DNA of 64,000 nucleotides from Negaprion brevirostris (lineage: Eukaryota), in the NCBI GenBank assembly GCA_030324005.1, contig JARDVH010000099.1, positions 1,349,401 through 1,413,400 on the forward strand, read 5' to 3'. The translations under genes and the position numbers were made by a program. Shown one piece after another: positions 26,658 through 39,228 of the stretch (the stretch's first letter is position 1; the number at the start of each line of letters is the position of its first letter). Below the pieces are notes generated by a model. It was not told the DNA's origin. It was given only the letters and a program-made list of their open reading frames with translations, and ran no database searches.

Positions 26658-26911
26658 ATAGGATGGCAAGCAGTGAGTGGAACAGAATTTACTGACTTAA
26701 AACTAAATGCTACAGAAATATTCACAGACTTTCACAATGTATATTTGTGATATAGCTTTCAATTTCAGATCAATCCTTTACAAGAATCAACAAGTCAATT
26801 AGCTGCCAATTCTAATCAATGCCCCGGGAACCACATTTAAGGCATTTTAAATACGATTGATCCAAATAAAAATGCCTTGTCGTTTCGGAAGAATTAACAA
26901 TTAACTCTTAC

Positions 26912-27014
26912 CAACTTCAGCTGTTATTGATTCTGCATCAATCTCATTAGCTTTCTTCTTAGCAACTTCAGCCAGTGCCAACTCACCCTTATCCAAAGCC
27001 ACATAATAGATGTC
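26912..27014 (-). CDS. WDPCP: WDPCP coding exon (~exon 14, 103 nt)
   Basis: ttttaaAG|DIYYVALDKGELALAEVAKKKANEIDAESITAEV|GTaaga. Confidence 0.95.
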
Positions 27015-27299
27015 CTTTAAAATTCAAAAGAAAGCAGTCAACAGATCAGTAATCTTAAATGTATTCGGCTATTTATTATACTTGGTTCTAATTCACACAG
27101 GGAAAATAAATTTTAAAACTGCAGTTTTCTAAAATAGTGCATATTTAGGAAGACAGGCTCAGTAAAGTCCTATATGACATTAATCTGGTGTCTTAATTGC
27201 CCATAGGTAAGTGGTGGTGAGCCAAGTGCAGATTATTCCATCATTAGACTTTTTAACTGCAGATTTTAATTGACTTCTGTCTTCTCTCTCCTGTTTTAA

Positions 27300-27420
27300 A
27301 ACCCTTCAGACTTGAAATGTTGGCTCTATTCTCTCTCCACAGATGCTGTCAAAGCTGCTGAGATTTCCAGCATTTTCTGTTTTTGTTTCAGATGCCAGTA
27401 TCCACAGTATTTTGCTTTTA
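27300..27420 (+). mobile_element. Penelope-like terminal fragment
   Basis: ctctctccacagatgctg...gctgagatttccagcattttctgttttt. Confidence 0.65.
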
Positions 27421-27984
27421 TATTATAGAAGGATAATAGTGACCTTGACAACCACTGGCAATATCATGCCTGTGGTGGTATGAATGGAGGTCAGCTGGCA
27501 CCATCTAGCACAACCTGGTAACAGCGCTTCTAAAGTGCAGCTTCTTCAGACAATTTTGTGGCCCAAAATTAAATATGCCTTCATTTGAATTTGGATATTG
27601 CAATGAAACTCCTTTTTGTGAGGAAGCAGTCTGATTGAAATTAATCAGGACTTGTATTATGGCTGAAGTTTGAGGTCACGTACCAACCGACTCAAGAACA
27701 GCTTCTTCCCTGCTGCTGTCAGACTTTTGAATGGACCTACCTNNNNNNNNNNNNNNNNNNNNNNNNNNNNNNNNNNNNNNNNNNNNNNNNNNNNNNNNNN
27801 NNNNNNNNNNNNNNNNNNNNNNNNNNNNNNNNNNNNNNNNNNGGGGCATCACAGGGTCTTCACATACATCACATTCAACACAAAGATATTTGATGCCAAG
27901 GTGTACAGGGATAAGTTATTGCTTTGATGGGCTGGGGAACTGTCTTACCTTCCCCTTAGGATATTATTAAATTATTATTAAATT

Positions 27985-28430
27985 AGAAAGAGTGCAGAAA
28001 AAGATTTACTAGGATGCTACCGGGACTTGATGGTTTGAGTTATAAGGAAAGGCTGGATAGATTGGGACTTTTTTCTCCGGAGCGTGGGAGGCTGAGCGGT
28101 GATCTTATAGAGGTCTACAAAATAATGAAGGGCATAGATCAGCTAGATAGTCAATATCTTTTCCCAAAGGTCAGGGAGACTAAAATTAGAGGGCATGGGT
28201 TTCAGGTTAGAAATACAAAACAGTGCAGAGGGGCAATTTTTCACACACACAGAATGATAATTGTCTGGAACGAGTTTAAAAAACATTTAGACAGTTACTT
28301 GGGTAAGATGGGTATGGAGGGATTTGGGCCAAACGCAGGCAATTAGGACTAGCTTAGTACAAACTGGGTGGCATGGACAAATTGGGCCAAAGGGCTTGTT
28401 TTCATTCTGTAAACCTCAATGACTCTATTA
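27985..28430 (+). mobile_element. CR1 LINE 3' fragment
   Basis: MLPGLDGLSYKERLDRLGLFS...DLIEVYKIM. Confidence 0.88.
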
Positions 28431-29002
28431 CCCATTCTGGCCCCATTGTTTAATTTTTTCCAGTGTTGATGATTTTAGTGAGAGGGCACAAGCGTTCCTG
28501 CTGCTTCCCTCTCTGATGCCCAAGATGACCTCTTGCCCTGGTGACTGTCCCTTCATTGCTGCTGACCGGATCTTCAATCAGCTGCTGGCTTTACTTCTAA
28601 CTGTTAGTGGAATGTGGGCATATTGACAAAACTAGTTTCTTACTGGCTGCCCCTGGTTGGACAGAGAAGGTGTTGGAAAGCTGCCAACTCCAGTGGTGAA
28701 GCTTTCCCACAATGCTAATATTTTAAAGGCACTCAGCAGCTTGTTAGGCTACTTTAAGGAATCTACCACTGGGGTGAGATTGAGGTCACACATACACCAG
28801 ACAACAGCTTTCCTTCCTTCAGAGAAAATTAGTTGGGTTCTTATAACCATCCATTTCATTTACAGATGCCAGATTTTTAATTTCTGGATTTGAAAAAAAA
28901 AACTCAATTCAAATTCACAGTGGGATTTGAACTCTCATTCCCTGGATTAGTAAATTGGCTTTTGATTACTGGTTCGATAAGATGATTAAAAATAATGAAG
29001 TA

Positions 29003-29521
29003 GAAGTTTATTTATTAGTTATTAACACTGCAATGAAGTTACTGTGAAAGTCCCCTAGTCGCCACACTCCAGTACCTGTTCGGGTACACTGCTCTGCCCA
29101 AGACTGCAAAAAACTACAAAGGGTCGTGAATGTAGCCCAATCCATCCGCAAACCAGCATCCCATCCATCAACTTTGTCTACACTTCCTGCTGACTCAGCA
29201 AAGCAGTCAGCATAATTAAAGACACCACGCACACTAGACATTCTCTCTTCCACCTCCTTCTGTCGGAAAAACGATGCAAAACTCTGATATCATGTACCAA
29301 CCGACTCAAGAACAGCTTCTTCCCTGCTGCTGTCAGACTTTTGAATGGACATACCTTGCATTAAGTTGATCTTTCTCTACACCCTAGCTATGACTGTAAT
29401 ACTACATTTTGCACTCTCTCGTTTCCTTCTCTATGAATGGTATGCTTTGTCTTTATAGCGTGCAAGAAACAATACTTTTCATTGTATGTTAATACATGTG
29501 ACAATAATAAATCAAATCAAC
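29003..29521. mobile_element. SINE tail B (minus, 29003-29090) abutting a Rex1-type LINE 3' end (plus, 29090-29521)
   Basis: Same Rex1 tail as 14559-15360. Smaller pieces at 27670-27742 and 32060-32185. Confidence 0.85.
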
Positions 29522-31043
29522 AAGTCACACCTTTGCCCAGACTGTCAACCTTTTCACCCCTACTCAGAACACACAACGCAGAGAGCGTCCATTTGGGCAA
29601 ACATTAGTGTTTATCTTTCACACCGGTGTTTTAATTTCATGTACCTGCCCAGTCCCCATTGCTCTCTAGCCCTCTTTCCTTCAGCTGCCTATCTAACCTC
29701 ATCTTTGCCGTCGTGATTTCGGCATGTGGAAAAGTGTTGAGATGAAATATATTTTATTATGACACAGTGCTGCCCAGATAGGGTGGTGGGCAGCAATATA
29801 TTGGACTACAGCATCAGACTGATTTTTATCTACACAGCTAGGTCCTAATTTCCACCATGTCATTTTGAATAAGATTTATAACCTTTCACAGCCAAGGAGG
29901 TCAAATTAAACCACATATCACACAGACTGAATCTTTCATGCCTACTAGTGGCTCGGTTTAAAGTGACATGATAGCCCCAGAGCAGCTGATCTCTGCTCAT
30001 CCTTTTAATTTAAAAGCAGGTGATACAAGAGAACTCCTGGAGAGAAAAGTAGTAACGAAATGAATAAATCAACAAAAACAAATAGCAATTAAGGTGCAAA
30101 TAACCCTTTCAAATTGTGGTATGCTGCTGGCTTTATAATACCAACTGCAAGCTAGTTTACTTTCCAAGTGGGAAGTCATCAGGACAGCTTTGAGAGCAGG
30201 TAGTTACAATGACAGGAGTACTTTATACTTTGTTGAATGATAGTTGTAAAAATAGCCACAGACAATTGACGAAGATTGCTCCGTATTCTCTTTGAACCAG
30301 TTTTTTTCTTCAAGATACCCAGGAGAACTTTATAACTTTGTAGAATTAACAGTAACATTTTTTCTAGAATTACAGAAAAGCCTATAGAATGTCTTTGTTA
30401 TGTAACAGCAGACACTTGCACAGATTCCCCTCCCCCCTGCCAAACATGGCCTTTTTCTTTTCATGCTTTTATATACAATCAAAGCTTCAGCACAGAAGAT
30501 ACATGCTGTGAGACTTAAGAAAGTGCTATCAGCTTTGTCCATCCAACCTCACTGTGACATTGTGGTGCAAGATCTCTGGAAACAAGGAGCACATGCTGTG
30601 TTTCACACAAGACTTTCTGCACAGGTTAATTTTACTTCTGTAGCTAATTAAATGGGAGGACCAAAAAAAAGGGTTAAGTGTCAAAGCCTTTGAGTTTGTA
30701 CTTTAGCTTTCTTGTTTGGAAAATACCTGTGGAAGATTTTATAATTTATTCAAGTGGCATAAGCTTTCAGTTACCCAAAGCAAGGGTGGCTGCAGCTGTA
30801 CCTATTTGGGGAGTGGATAAAAAATATCAGGGTTTATTATACTGAAAAGTATCGTCTACATGCACCCCAAAAAAGACAAAAGCTGAGGATGTCTGAATTG
30901 CTATCTGCAAAATACAAAAACAGGTCCAAGGCCACAGAAAGAAACTCAACAATCAAAAGGACACAGTAGAATTACTGACCATATTGGCTGGGTATATGCT
31001 ACTATCGCTTGGCTGATACTGCTCTGCTTTAAATAGCGCATTT

Positions 31044-31361
31044 CATGGAATTCCTACAGTGCAGAAAGAGGCCATTCAGCTCATCCAATCTGCACTGACC
31101 ACAATCCCACCCAGGCCCTATTCCCGTATCCCCATATATTTACCCTGCTAATCCCCTGACACTAGGGTCAATTTAGCATGGCCAATCAACCTAACTCACA
31201 CATCTTTGGACTGTGGGAGGAATCTGGAGGAACCAGAGGACACCCACGCAGACATGGGGAGAACGTGCAAACTCCAAGCAGACAGTGACCCAAGGCCGGA
31301 ATCGAACCTGGGACCCTGGCACTGTGAGGCAGCAGTGCTAACCACTGCGCTTCTGTGTCGC
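31044..31361 (-). mobile_element. HE1-type SINE (tail A), about 50 nt downstream of the exon 13 donor
   Basis: Near full-length copy. Confidence 0.9.
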
Positions 31362-31409
31362 CCGAGATCTGGACTTAGCAATGACAGGTGTTTACAGGCA
31401 ATGACTCAC

Positions 31410-31473
31410 CATGAACAGGTCTCGTGAACCTATATCTACAGCCAGCAGAAAAGCCTTTTCAAACCTTTGGTAC
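31410..31473 (-). CDS. WDPCP: WDPCP coding exon (~exon 13, 64 nt)
   Basis: ttttaacAG|(R)YQRFEKAFLLAVDIGSRDLFM|GTgagt. Confidence 0.95.
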
Positions 31474-32429
31474 CTGTTAAAATAAAGCAAATCATTAGAA
31501 ATGCTAACCAGCAGAATTTCATCAACATTCAAGAGAGTAACGTGCCACAAGTTAAAGCTTCATAACAGTGAAGTACAGTATAATCTGATATTTAAAATAA
31601 ACGTAGCTCACGTAATGTTACTTGCACACAGCAGTTCTCTCAAGCTGTTTTTTTGATGCAGAAGCAGCAAAATATACTGGAGTTGAAGGAACAGATGCAC
31701 AAATTGTATGCCAACCTGGACAACTGCAAGTGGCTGTGTCATGCAGCTAACATGGAACAATCATGCAGCTATGTTATTTTACAAAGACTTGTGATATTAA
31801 GGTCTTGACAGATGTGAGTCGGCGAAATTTGACTGAATATTGTGTCTTGAAAGCGTAGCCTATGCAATAAAAGTGCCGTTTTATGCAGTTATAGTGCTGA
31901 ATTTCTGCCACAAGGTGGAAAACAGGTGCTGAGTCTGTTTTTGGGTCAGAAATCTGCTTCTGGTGGAAAACCAACTAAAAAGTTCAGATTTTCACAGAGG
32001 TGAGCCCTTACTTAATATTGAGACATGTTTCCTGTCCACCCCAAGCCAGCAGGAACAGGAAACACTACATTTTGCACCCTCTCCTTTTCTTCTATACGTT
32101 CAGTGTGCTTTGTCTGTATAGCGCGTAAGAAACAATATTTTTCACTGTATACTAATACATGTAACAATAATAAATCAAATCAAAATGAGATGGGTTAGAA
32201 GAAGTGTGGAGCTCATTTACACACACCACGGCAACTATCATGAAAGATACTGGTTGTCCAGGCAGTTTAGTGCCAAAGCCTTCCAATGCACCAGAAGGAA
32301 GCAAGATGTCACGGGGAAACAGAAGACTCAGGGCAGGACAGATTCATCAATGCCAACATGGATCTAATATTGGAGATCATCAAGGAAGACACATCATTAT
32401 GAAACAGCACAGTTTGTCATTTAGCATCA

Positions 32430-33020
32430 TGTCCCTCTGTCTTCGATTTCCCTTCCTCTTCAACCTCCTGCTCTGCCCTCAGTGAGGCAGAGCATCAGAG
32501 TCCTTGCACAGCAGACCTCTACAATGATCAAGATCCTTTAAGAATGTATATTGGAGGGCACCACCTGACAAGTAAAGTTAAAATTTATTTACACAAGTAA
32601 GGCTTACATTAACACTGCAATGAAGCTAATTCCCCTAGTCGCCACAGTCCGGCTCCTGTTCGGGTCAACGTACCTAACCAGCATGTCTTTTGGACTGTGG
32701 GAGAAAACTGGCGCACCTGGAGGAAACCCACGCAGACACAGGGAGACTGTGCAAACTCCACACAGGCAGTGAGCCGAGCCAGGAATCGTATGCGGGTCTG
32801 TGGTGCTGTGAAGCAGCAGTGCTAACCACTGCGCTATCATGCTGCCCTAGTCCAGGTACCAGAATTGTCTCTTCATAAGCTAGATGGCCCACTCAATGGT
32901 CTTCCATTTTATTAATGCCTGACGCTTATTCGTTTTCACAGCCCTGGCAGATAGTATCCATAATTCATTTGGAAGCTCGATAGCAGCTGGAATATTCCTC
33001 CCCGCCCCACAACCTACATA
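32430..33020 (-). mobile_element. Harbinger (HARBI1-like) transposase C-terminal relic split by a SINE
   Basis: KTIEWAI*LMKRQFWYLD [SINE] SGGALQYT...IIVEVCCA, comparable to TIERAIGLLKxRFRCLDRSGGALQY...VVCC. Confidence 0.7.
32573..32846 (-). mobile_element. HE1-type SINE head and body with alternative tail B
   Basis: Tail ...GTGGCGACTAGGGGAATT...TTCATTGCAGTGTTAATGTAAGCCTTACTTGTG. Confidence 0.88.
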
Positions 33021-33374
33021 CAGGATACCTCAAAGACTTCATATCCCTTTAATAGGGCTGGCTGACCTGTTTTCCCACTTCCCTCATTAGGATATGTCCC
33101 TTCACTTGGTCAAACTGCACAGACACTATGAACAATTATTCAAATAGGTTGACAGGAGGGAATTCAGGGGCAGTTCGATGTTGCACTGCAGGCTAGCTTT
33201 ACACTAGGAATGTTGGCACAAAAACATCAATTTCACGTTAGTGGAGAGTCTTCAGTCAAGATAAACAAAATAAACAAACTGCAGGAAAAAAATGAAGATT
33301 GACCAGGAGTTTCCAATTTGGAAATTAATTAATTCTATGCACAAGCTTTAACACATCATAGGATTGGAACAATT

Positions 33375-33664
33375 AAGTTTAAAGTTTATTTATTAGCAAC
33401 AAGTAGGCTTACATTAACACTGCAATGAAGTTACTGTGAAAATCCCCGAGTCGCCACACTCTGGTACCTGTTCAGGTACTCTGAGGGAGAATTTAGCATG
33501 GCCAATGCATCTAATCAGCACGTCTTTCAGATTGTGGGAGGAAACTGAAGCACCCAGAGGAAACCCACGCAGACACAGGGAGAATGTGCAAACTCCACAG
33601 AAACTGACCAAAGCTGGGAATCAAACTCGGGTCCCTGGTGCTGTGATGCAGCAGTGCTAACCAC
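33375..33664 (-). mobile_element. SINE with tail B
   Basis: Same structure as 32573-32846. Confidence 0.88.
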
Positions 33665-33877
33665 TTACTAAATAAGATTCTGAGCTCACTGCACTCTAAC
33701 ACTTCAGTTTAAACTGAAACATTTTAACACTGAATATTAAGGTGTATTAAGTAATCTTCACTTTATCCACATTAGAAAAGGTGAAATCTCTCTCTTGTAG
33801 TTTAACTTATTCTTTCTAACCTACTGTATTTAGAAAAATAACAAACACCAAGTATAAATAGTGATATTATTATTCAC

Positions 33878-34001
33878 CTGAGCAGATGGTGAAAAAACCG
33901 CCTGGCGTATCGACTGATGGGGTCCCTGTATTCTAATATAGTTGCATCAGTCAAGGGTCTTGTTGGGGCATAAAATGCTCCAAGACTTGCTTCAAGNNNN
34001 N
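33878..34001 (-). CDS. WDPCP: WDPCP coding exon (~exon 12); acceptor hidden in a 10-N gap
   Basis: LEASLGAFYAPTRPLTDATILEYRDPISRYARRFFHHLL(R)|GTgaat. The 5' boundary is inferred from phase and the recalled 124-nt human exon size. Confidence 0.93.
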
Positions 34002-34814
34002 NNNNNTTTTAAAAAGATAAGTGCAGTAAAACTATCAAAATCACAGCAGTAATTTTGTGTTTAAAAACTTATTAACCTTTGGATACCTTCCTGGTGACGT
34101 GTTTCATACATTTTTTTACAAGAATTACAAACTAGAAGCCAAAGGTCGCCTTAAGCCATGTACCAACTGCATTGTTACCTTGAAAAGAGAGGCAGTAATT
34201 GCTCCACATGGTGCACCTCCAGCAATCTTTACTATCACACCATCGCAGTGGCCTGGATTCCAACCCATCTTTGCCCAACTTCCATTTTCCAGGCTCTTAC
34301 TCTCCCCAAATTCTCCCACTCCTCCCCCTACCCCACCCTACAATAGTTCAGATAATCAGTCCGGAACTCTACAATGCTGAGGATAACAGAAGCAGGAAAC
34401 GTAAATTGAGATCTCCCAGGCTGAGAACAGCAATAGTCTGAAGCCGTAGGTTCCAACATGGGAAGGTTAGTCAAACCTACCCAGTCCCACAACTCAGAGT
34501 CAACAGTTCAGAGCTGTGGCGGACAGGAATTTCATTCATGAAAAATGACAGTTGAGCAATGACAATGGGAGTGGAGTTCATGTTTGGGTCCAGTGCAGAT
34601 CTGACAACTTTTGCCAGTTCCCATTCTTCCTGAAGTGCTGAGCCTTCAACTCCCTCTCATTCACTTTTCACCTCCCCAATCCCTGTTCCCAAGGCTGAGA
34701 TATGCCATACTGATGTTGATCTCAAAGTGCATTGCCAGCAGCCTGTTCAGCAACAATAGAGCACCCAGCCCTCTGGGGGTGTAAGGACATACGTTAGCTC
34801 CTGGTCCAGCAATG

Positions 34815-35160
34815 CCTCAATTTTAAACTTCTTACCTTTGTGCTCAAATCCATGACTTATTTCTCTCTATTGTTCTAAATGGATCTGAACTTACAATAGC
34901 CAGAAAATCTGTGCCCCCATGATTTCCTTTGCTCCACCAGTGGTGGCTATGCCTTCAACCATCTAGGCTCCAAGCTCTGGAACTCCTTCTCCAAGTCTTT
35001 CTGCTCTTCCAGTTTACCACCCTCTTTTAAGACACTCCTCAAGATCTCTCTTTTTGACTAAGGTAATTGTCACCTATCCTAATGTCATTTTTTTGGCTTT
35101 GTCCATTTTCAGTTTGTTAAATGCTTTAGAAAGTTTTACTGTGTTAAAACCAATCTAAAT
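34815..35160 (+). mobile_element. L2-type LINE 3' end
   Basis: ggtggctatgccttcaac...aagctctggaactcc...tttaagacactcctcaa. Confidence 0.7.
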
Positions 35161-35346
35161 AGAAATTATTATAGTACCTGAGGTCACATCACTTGAACCT
35201 ACAGGCTTGGAGGGGTTTCAAAACTACATTATAAGAATTAAGGGAGCTCTGTTTAACATGGACTAAAACCTTACAGTATGCAAAAAGGGAAGAATAAAAC
35301 AACTGGAGAACTTTGGAATGAATTCAATATTCTGTGCATATCTCAC

Positions 35347-35535
35347 ATTCTCTTTCTGGTGTAAGATTCTGCTGGAGGAGGTGATCCACAATGGCAATGA
35401 GGCAAGCGTAGCACTGTGAGCCCAGAGTGTTCCAGTTCATGCCACACAAGATATTAATAGCCTCATCGATTTGTCCGTAACGAATATATTGACAGATGAG
35501 TTGCGTGGGACCCAGGCGTCCTCTCAATATGGCAC
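35347..35535 (-). CDS. WDPCP: WDPCP coding exon (~exon 11, 189 nt)
   Basis: catgacAG|...|GTgaga. Translates GAILRGRLGPTQLICQYIRYGQIDEAINILCGMNWNTLGSQCYACLIAIVDHLLQQNLTPERE. Confidence 0.95.
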
Positions 35536-37099
35536 CTGTCATGGGAAGAAAATACACGTCTGAGGCAAGACATTTTACAGGGCAAATTTGATTTGTTAAA
35601 CAGGCCACAGTCTGATGCTAATTTGCAGTAAACCATTGAATTATACACCAAGTCCAGGTAATTATGTCAATCACAGTCTCCTAACAAGTAGATCACAAAC
35701 AAAAGGGGTTAATTGTTTAGGAGTTGATTAATGCTGAGAATTCATTTGATCTTCGTAACAAGGAGTGATTAATCAGCACATTGCTTAACCTTGCAACTAT
35801 GGCAGAAGAGCAGGACTCACTGGCACATGTGGTCTTGTGACTTGTAACAAAGCAATATTGTTCAGGAAGAAAAAGTTGTCATTATATTTTTGGAATGTTT
35901 AAGGCAATCAGGTACCAGGAATCACAAAAAGTGAGACACATTAATTGTAGCTGTCAATACTCTTCCATCTGGGTGCCTGACCTCTGGTGGGTGGTGAGCT
36001 TCCAAATGACCGACACAGGAGAATGAAGTGACAGACAACTCATTGCCTAATTGATTTAAGAATAGTGCTCAGAGAAGCAGTCCAATTAAAATTACAAGCT
36101 GGCAATTAGCAGCTAGAACTCTAAATCCCCTCTCACAGCCTGCTGGCAATGAAAATAAAATGAAATGTACTTGCAATATGAAGTAAAATCTGTAGATTTC
36201 TGGGAAGCAGGCATAAGCCAAATCACCGATGAGAGTAGAAAGGCTATGTGGGTGCCTGGAGAAAGCACTATGCCTCACAGGTAACCAGGTGATTTATCGT
36301 TTTTCTAATGGGCAGCATCTCAAAATGAATCAAACATGCAACTGTAATTAATGGAGTGCCACAGAGCACATTACAGCTGCNNNNNNNNNNNNNNNGCAAG
36401 ACAGAAATGGAAAACTGTGATAAACAAAGTTAACTTTTTCAAAATGAGTTTACAAGTAGTATTAAAAGACAGCAGTGCAGCAAATGTACAGGCCAGTCAG
36501 TCACTAGAATGGGAGTGAATTATTTCCTTACTCATTTTGAGTTCACAGGATTTAACCATACTGATAATGCCAAAAGCTGATCAGAATTTAATGGAGTTAA
36601 TTTGCATCATGACATCCTGATGTTTCTGTAAGGTCATGGTGCTTCTGAGTAAAACTACTTAGTTAATTGTGGAGCTATTAAAATATTTTAATATTATACT
36701 CAGGAGGGGTAACAAATATGGAATAATTTAAAAATCTGATTATTGTTTTTCCTCCCTAGCCCTGCTCAATTTTGCCCTTAGGGATTGGAATTGCAGAAGA
36801 CCTTGCTGGTCTGAACCTGCAGATGGGGTGTTATATCACTACATGCTGTTGATTCAATTATTGAGTCTGTGGATGAATTGAAACTGACAGCAACCTATTT
36901 GTATATCCTGGGTCAATTTTTCTCTCAAGTTGAGAAATTTCCTGACTCTGCATACTCAACTCAAGGACTGAAAATTCAGCCCTTAATAAGCAAGCAGATT
37001 GATGACAAATTGAACGGATCTACACATTCAAATATCCCAACTCTGCAAACTCAACTTGGCAGCAAACGCCCAGAGCAATCAGATTTTTATTCAAGGTGG

Positions 37100-39040
37100 G
37101 GAAGTTAACTTAAAATTTAATTCAGATAAATGCGTGATGTTGCATTTTGGTAAGACAAACCAGGGCAGGACTTACACAGTTACTGGTAGGGCCTTGGGGA
37201 GTGTTGTTGAACAAAGAGACCTAGGGGTGCAGGTACATAATTCCTTGAAAGTGGCGTCATAGGTCGACAGGATGATGAAGGCAGCATTTGGCACACTCGC
37301 CTTCATCTGTCAGAGCACTGAGTACAGCAATTGGGACATTATGTTATAACTGTACAAGACATTGGTAAAGCTACACCTGGAGTACTGCGTACAATTCTGC
37401 TCACCCTGCTATTGCCATTAAAGGATGTTATTAAGCCGGAAAAGGGGCAAAAATGATTTACAAGGATTTTACCGGGACTGGAAAATTTGAATTATAAAGG
37501 AGAGGTTGGATAGATTGGGACTTTTTTCCCTGGAGCATAGGAAATTAAGGGGTGATCTTTTCGAAGTTTATAAAATCATGAGGGGCATAGACAAGATGAA
37601 TAGCCATGGTCTTTTTCCCAGGTAAGGGTGTCCAAAACTAGAGGGCATGGGTTTAAGGAGAGGAGAGAGATTTAAAAGAGACCTGAGGAACAACGTTTTC
37701 ACACAGAAGTTGGTGCATATATGGAATGAGCTGCCAGAGGGGGTGATAGAGGCGGGCACAATTACAACATTCAAAATNNNNNNNNNNNNNNNNNNNNNNN
37801 NNNNNNNNNNNNNNNNNNNNNNNNNNNNNNNNNNNNNNNNNNNNNNNNNNNNNNNNNNNNNNNNNNNNNNNNNNNNNNNNNNNNNNNNNNNNNNNNNNNN
37901 NNNNNNNNNNNNNNNNNNNNNNNNNNNNNNNNNNNNNNNNNNNNNNNNNNNNNNNNNNNNNNNNNNNNNNNNNNNNNNNNNNNNNNNNNNNNNNNNNNNN
38001 NNNNNNNNNNNNNNNNNNNNNNNNNNNNNNNNNNNNNNNNNNNNNNNNNNNNNNNNNNNNNNNNNNNNNNNNNNNNNNNNNNNNNNNNNNNNNNNNNNNN
38101 NNNNNNNNNNNNNNNNNNNNNNNNNNNNNNNNNNNNNNNNNNNNNNNNNNNNNNNNNNNNNNNNNNNNNNNNNNNNNNNNNNNNNNNNNNNNNNNNNNNN
38201 NNNNNCAAAGTCCTCCCATTAGCCCTATACTCAACACATCTGTTATTCCTACCAAAATGAATTACCTCACACTTCTCCACATGTATGTGGTATGTGGGTC
38301 TCTCCCAAAAGGGTGCCTGAGATCTCCAAAAAACATTGGCAGGTTTAGACATTTTTCTCAAATGTCTAAAGTCCACAAGTTTCAGAAACTTAGGTAACCA
38401 AAATCACTCCTGGATGGAAGCAGCTAGACTTTTAAATCCAGGGGCATAAAGAACATTAATAGGGGCATAGAGTTCAAGACCAAGGAGGTTATGCTGAACT
38501 TATACAAGACACTAGTTAGACCTCAACTGGACTATCATGTACAATTCTGGCTGCTACACTAAAAGAAAGCTGTGAACACGTTGGAGAGACTGCAGAATGG
38601 TTCCAGGAATGAGAAATTTCATTATGAGGATAGATTGGAGAGGTTGGGACTGTTCCCCCATGGAAAGAAGGTTAAGAGGAGATTTGTAAGACATGTTCAA
38701 AGTCATGAAGGGGCTGGATAGACTAGATAGGGAACAACTATCTCTCCCTGTAGAAGGATCAAGAACTAGCAGGCACAGATTTAAAGTGATTTGCAAAAGA
38801 AAATATTTGATGTGAGAAAATACTTTTACACACAACTAGTGACTGGGGTCTGGAATACACTGCCTGAAGTGTGGTGGAGACAGGTTCAATTGAGGCATTC
38901 AGGAAGGCAATAGATGATTATTTAAATAGAAATAATGTGCAGAAGTACAGGGAAAAGGCACTCAGTCATGATGCTCGTTTGGAGAACTGGTGCAGACGTG
39001 ATGGGCCAAATGGCCTCCTTCTGCACTATAACAATTCTGC
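37100..39040 (+). mobile_element. Two CR1 LINE 3' fragments separated by a gap and a short antisense piece
   Basis: KFNSDKCVMLHFGKTNQ...EQRDLGVQVH. The second copy spans 38460-39040. Confidence 0.85.
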
Positions 39041-39124
39041 GATTTGCAGAACAACACAGAAAACTATAAGTTGTTGCCATTGCGTGTACACTTCTCCAGA
39101 GGGCACACTGATAAGTTCTTCAGA

Positions 39125-39228
39125 ATGTGGATATGCCGGCGTTGGACTGGGGTAAACACAGTAAGCTAGTGAGTTTACTATCAAATAAATCGGTTGGACT
39201 AAAACCTGGTGTTGTCAGACTTTTTACC
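39125..39228. mobile_element. 104-bp insertion with a 12-bp target-site duplication
   Basis: AAGTTCTTCAGA at 39113-39124 and again at 39229-39240. Confidence 0.8.

Noticed and set aside
37647-38376. Long ORFs of about 200 aa (also 60041-60854 and 41587-42086)
   Set aside because: Their length comes from translating through N runs.
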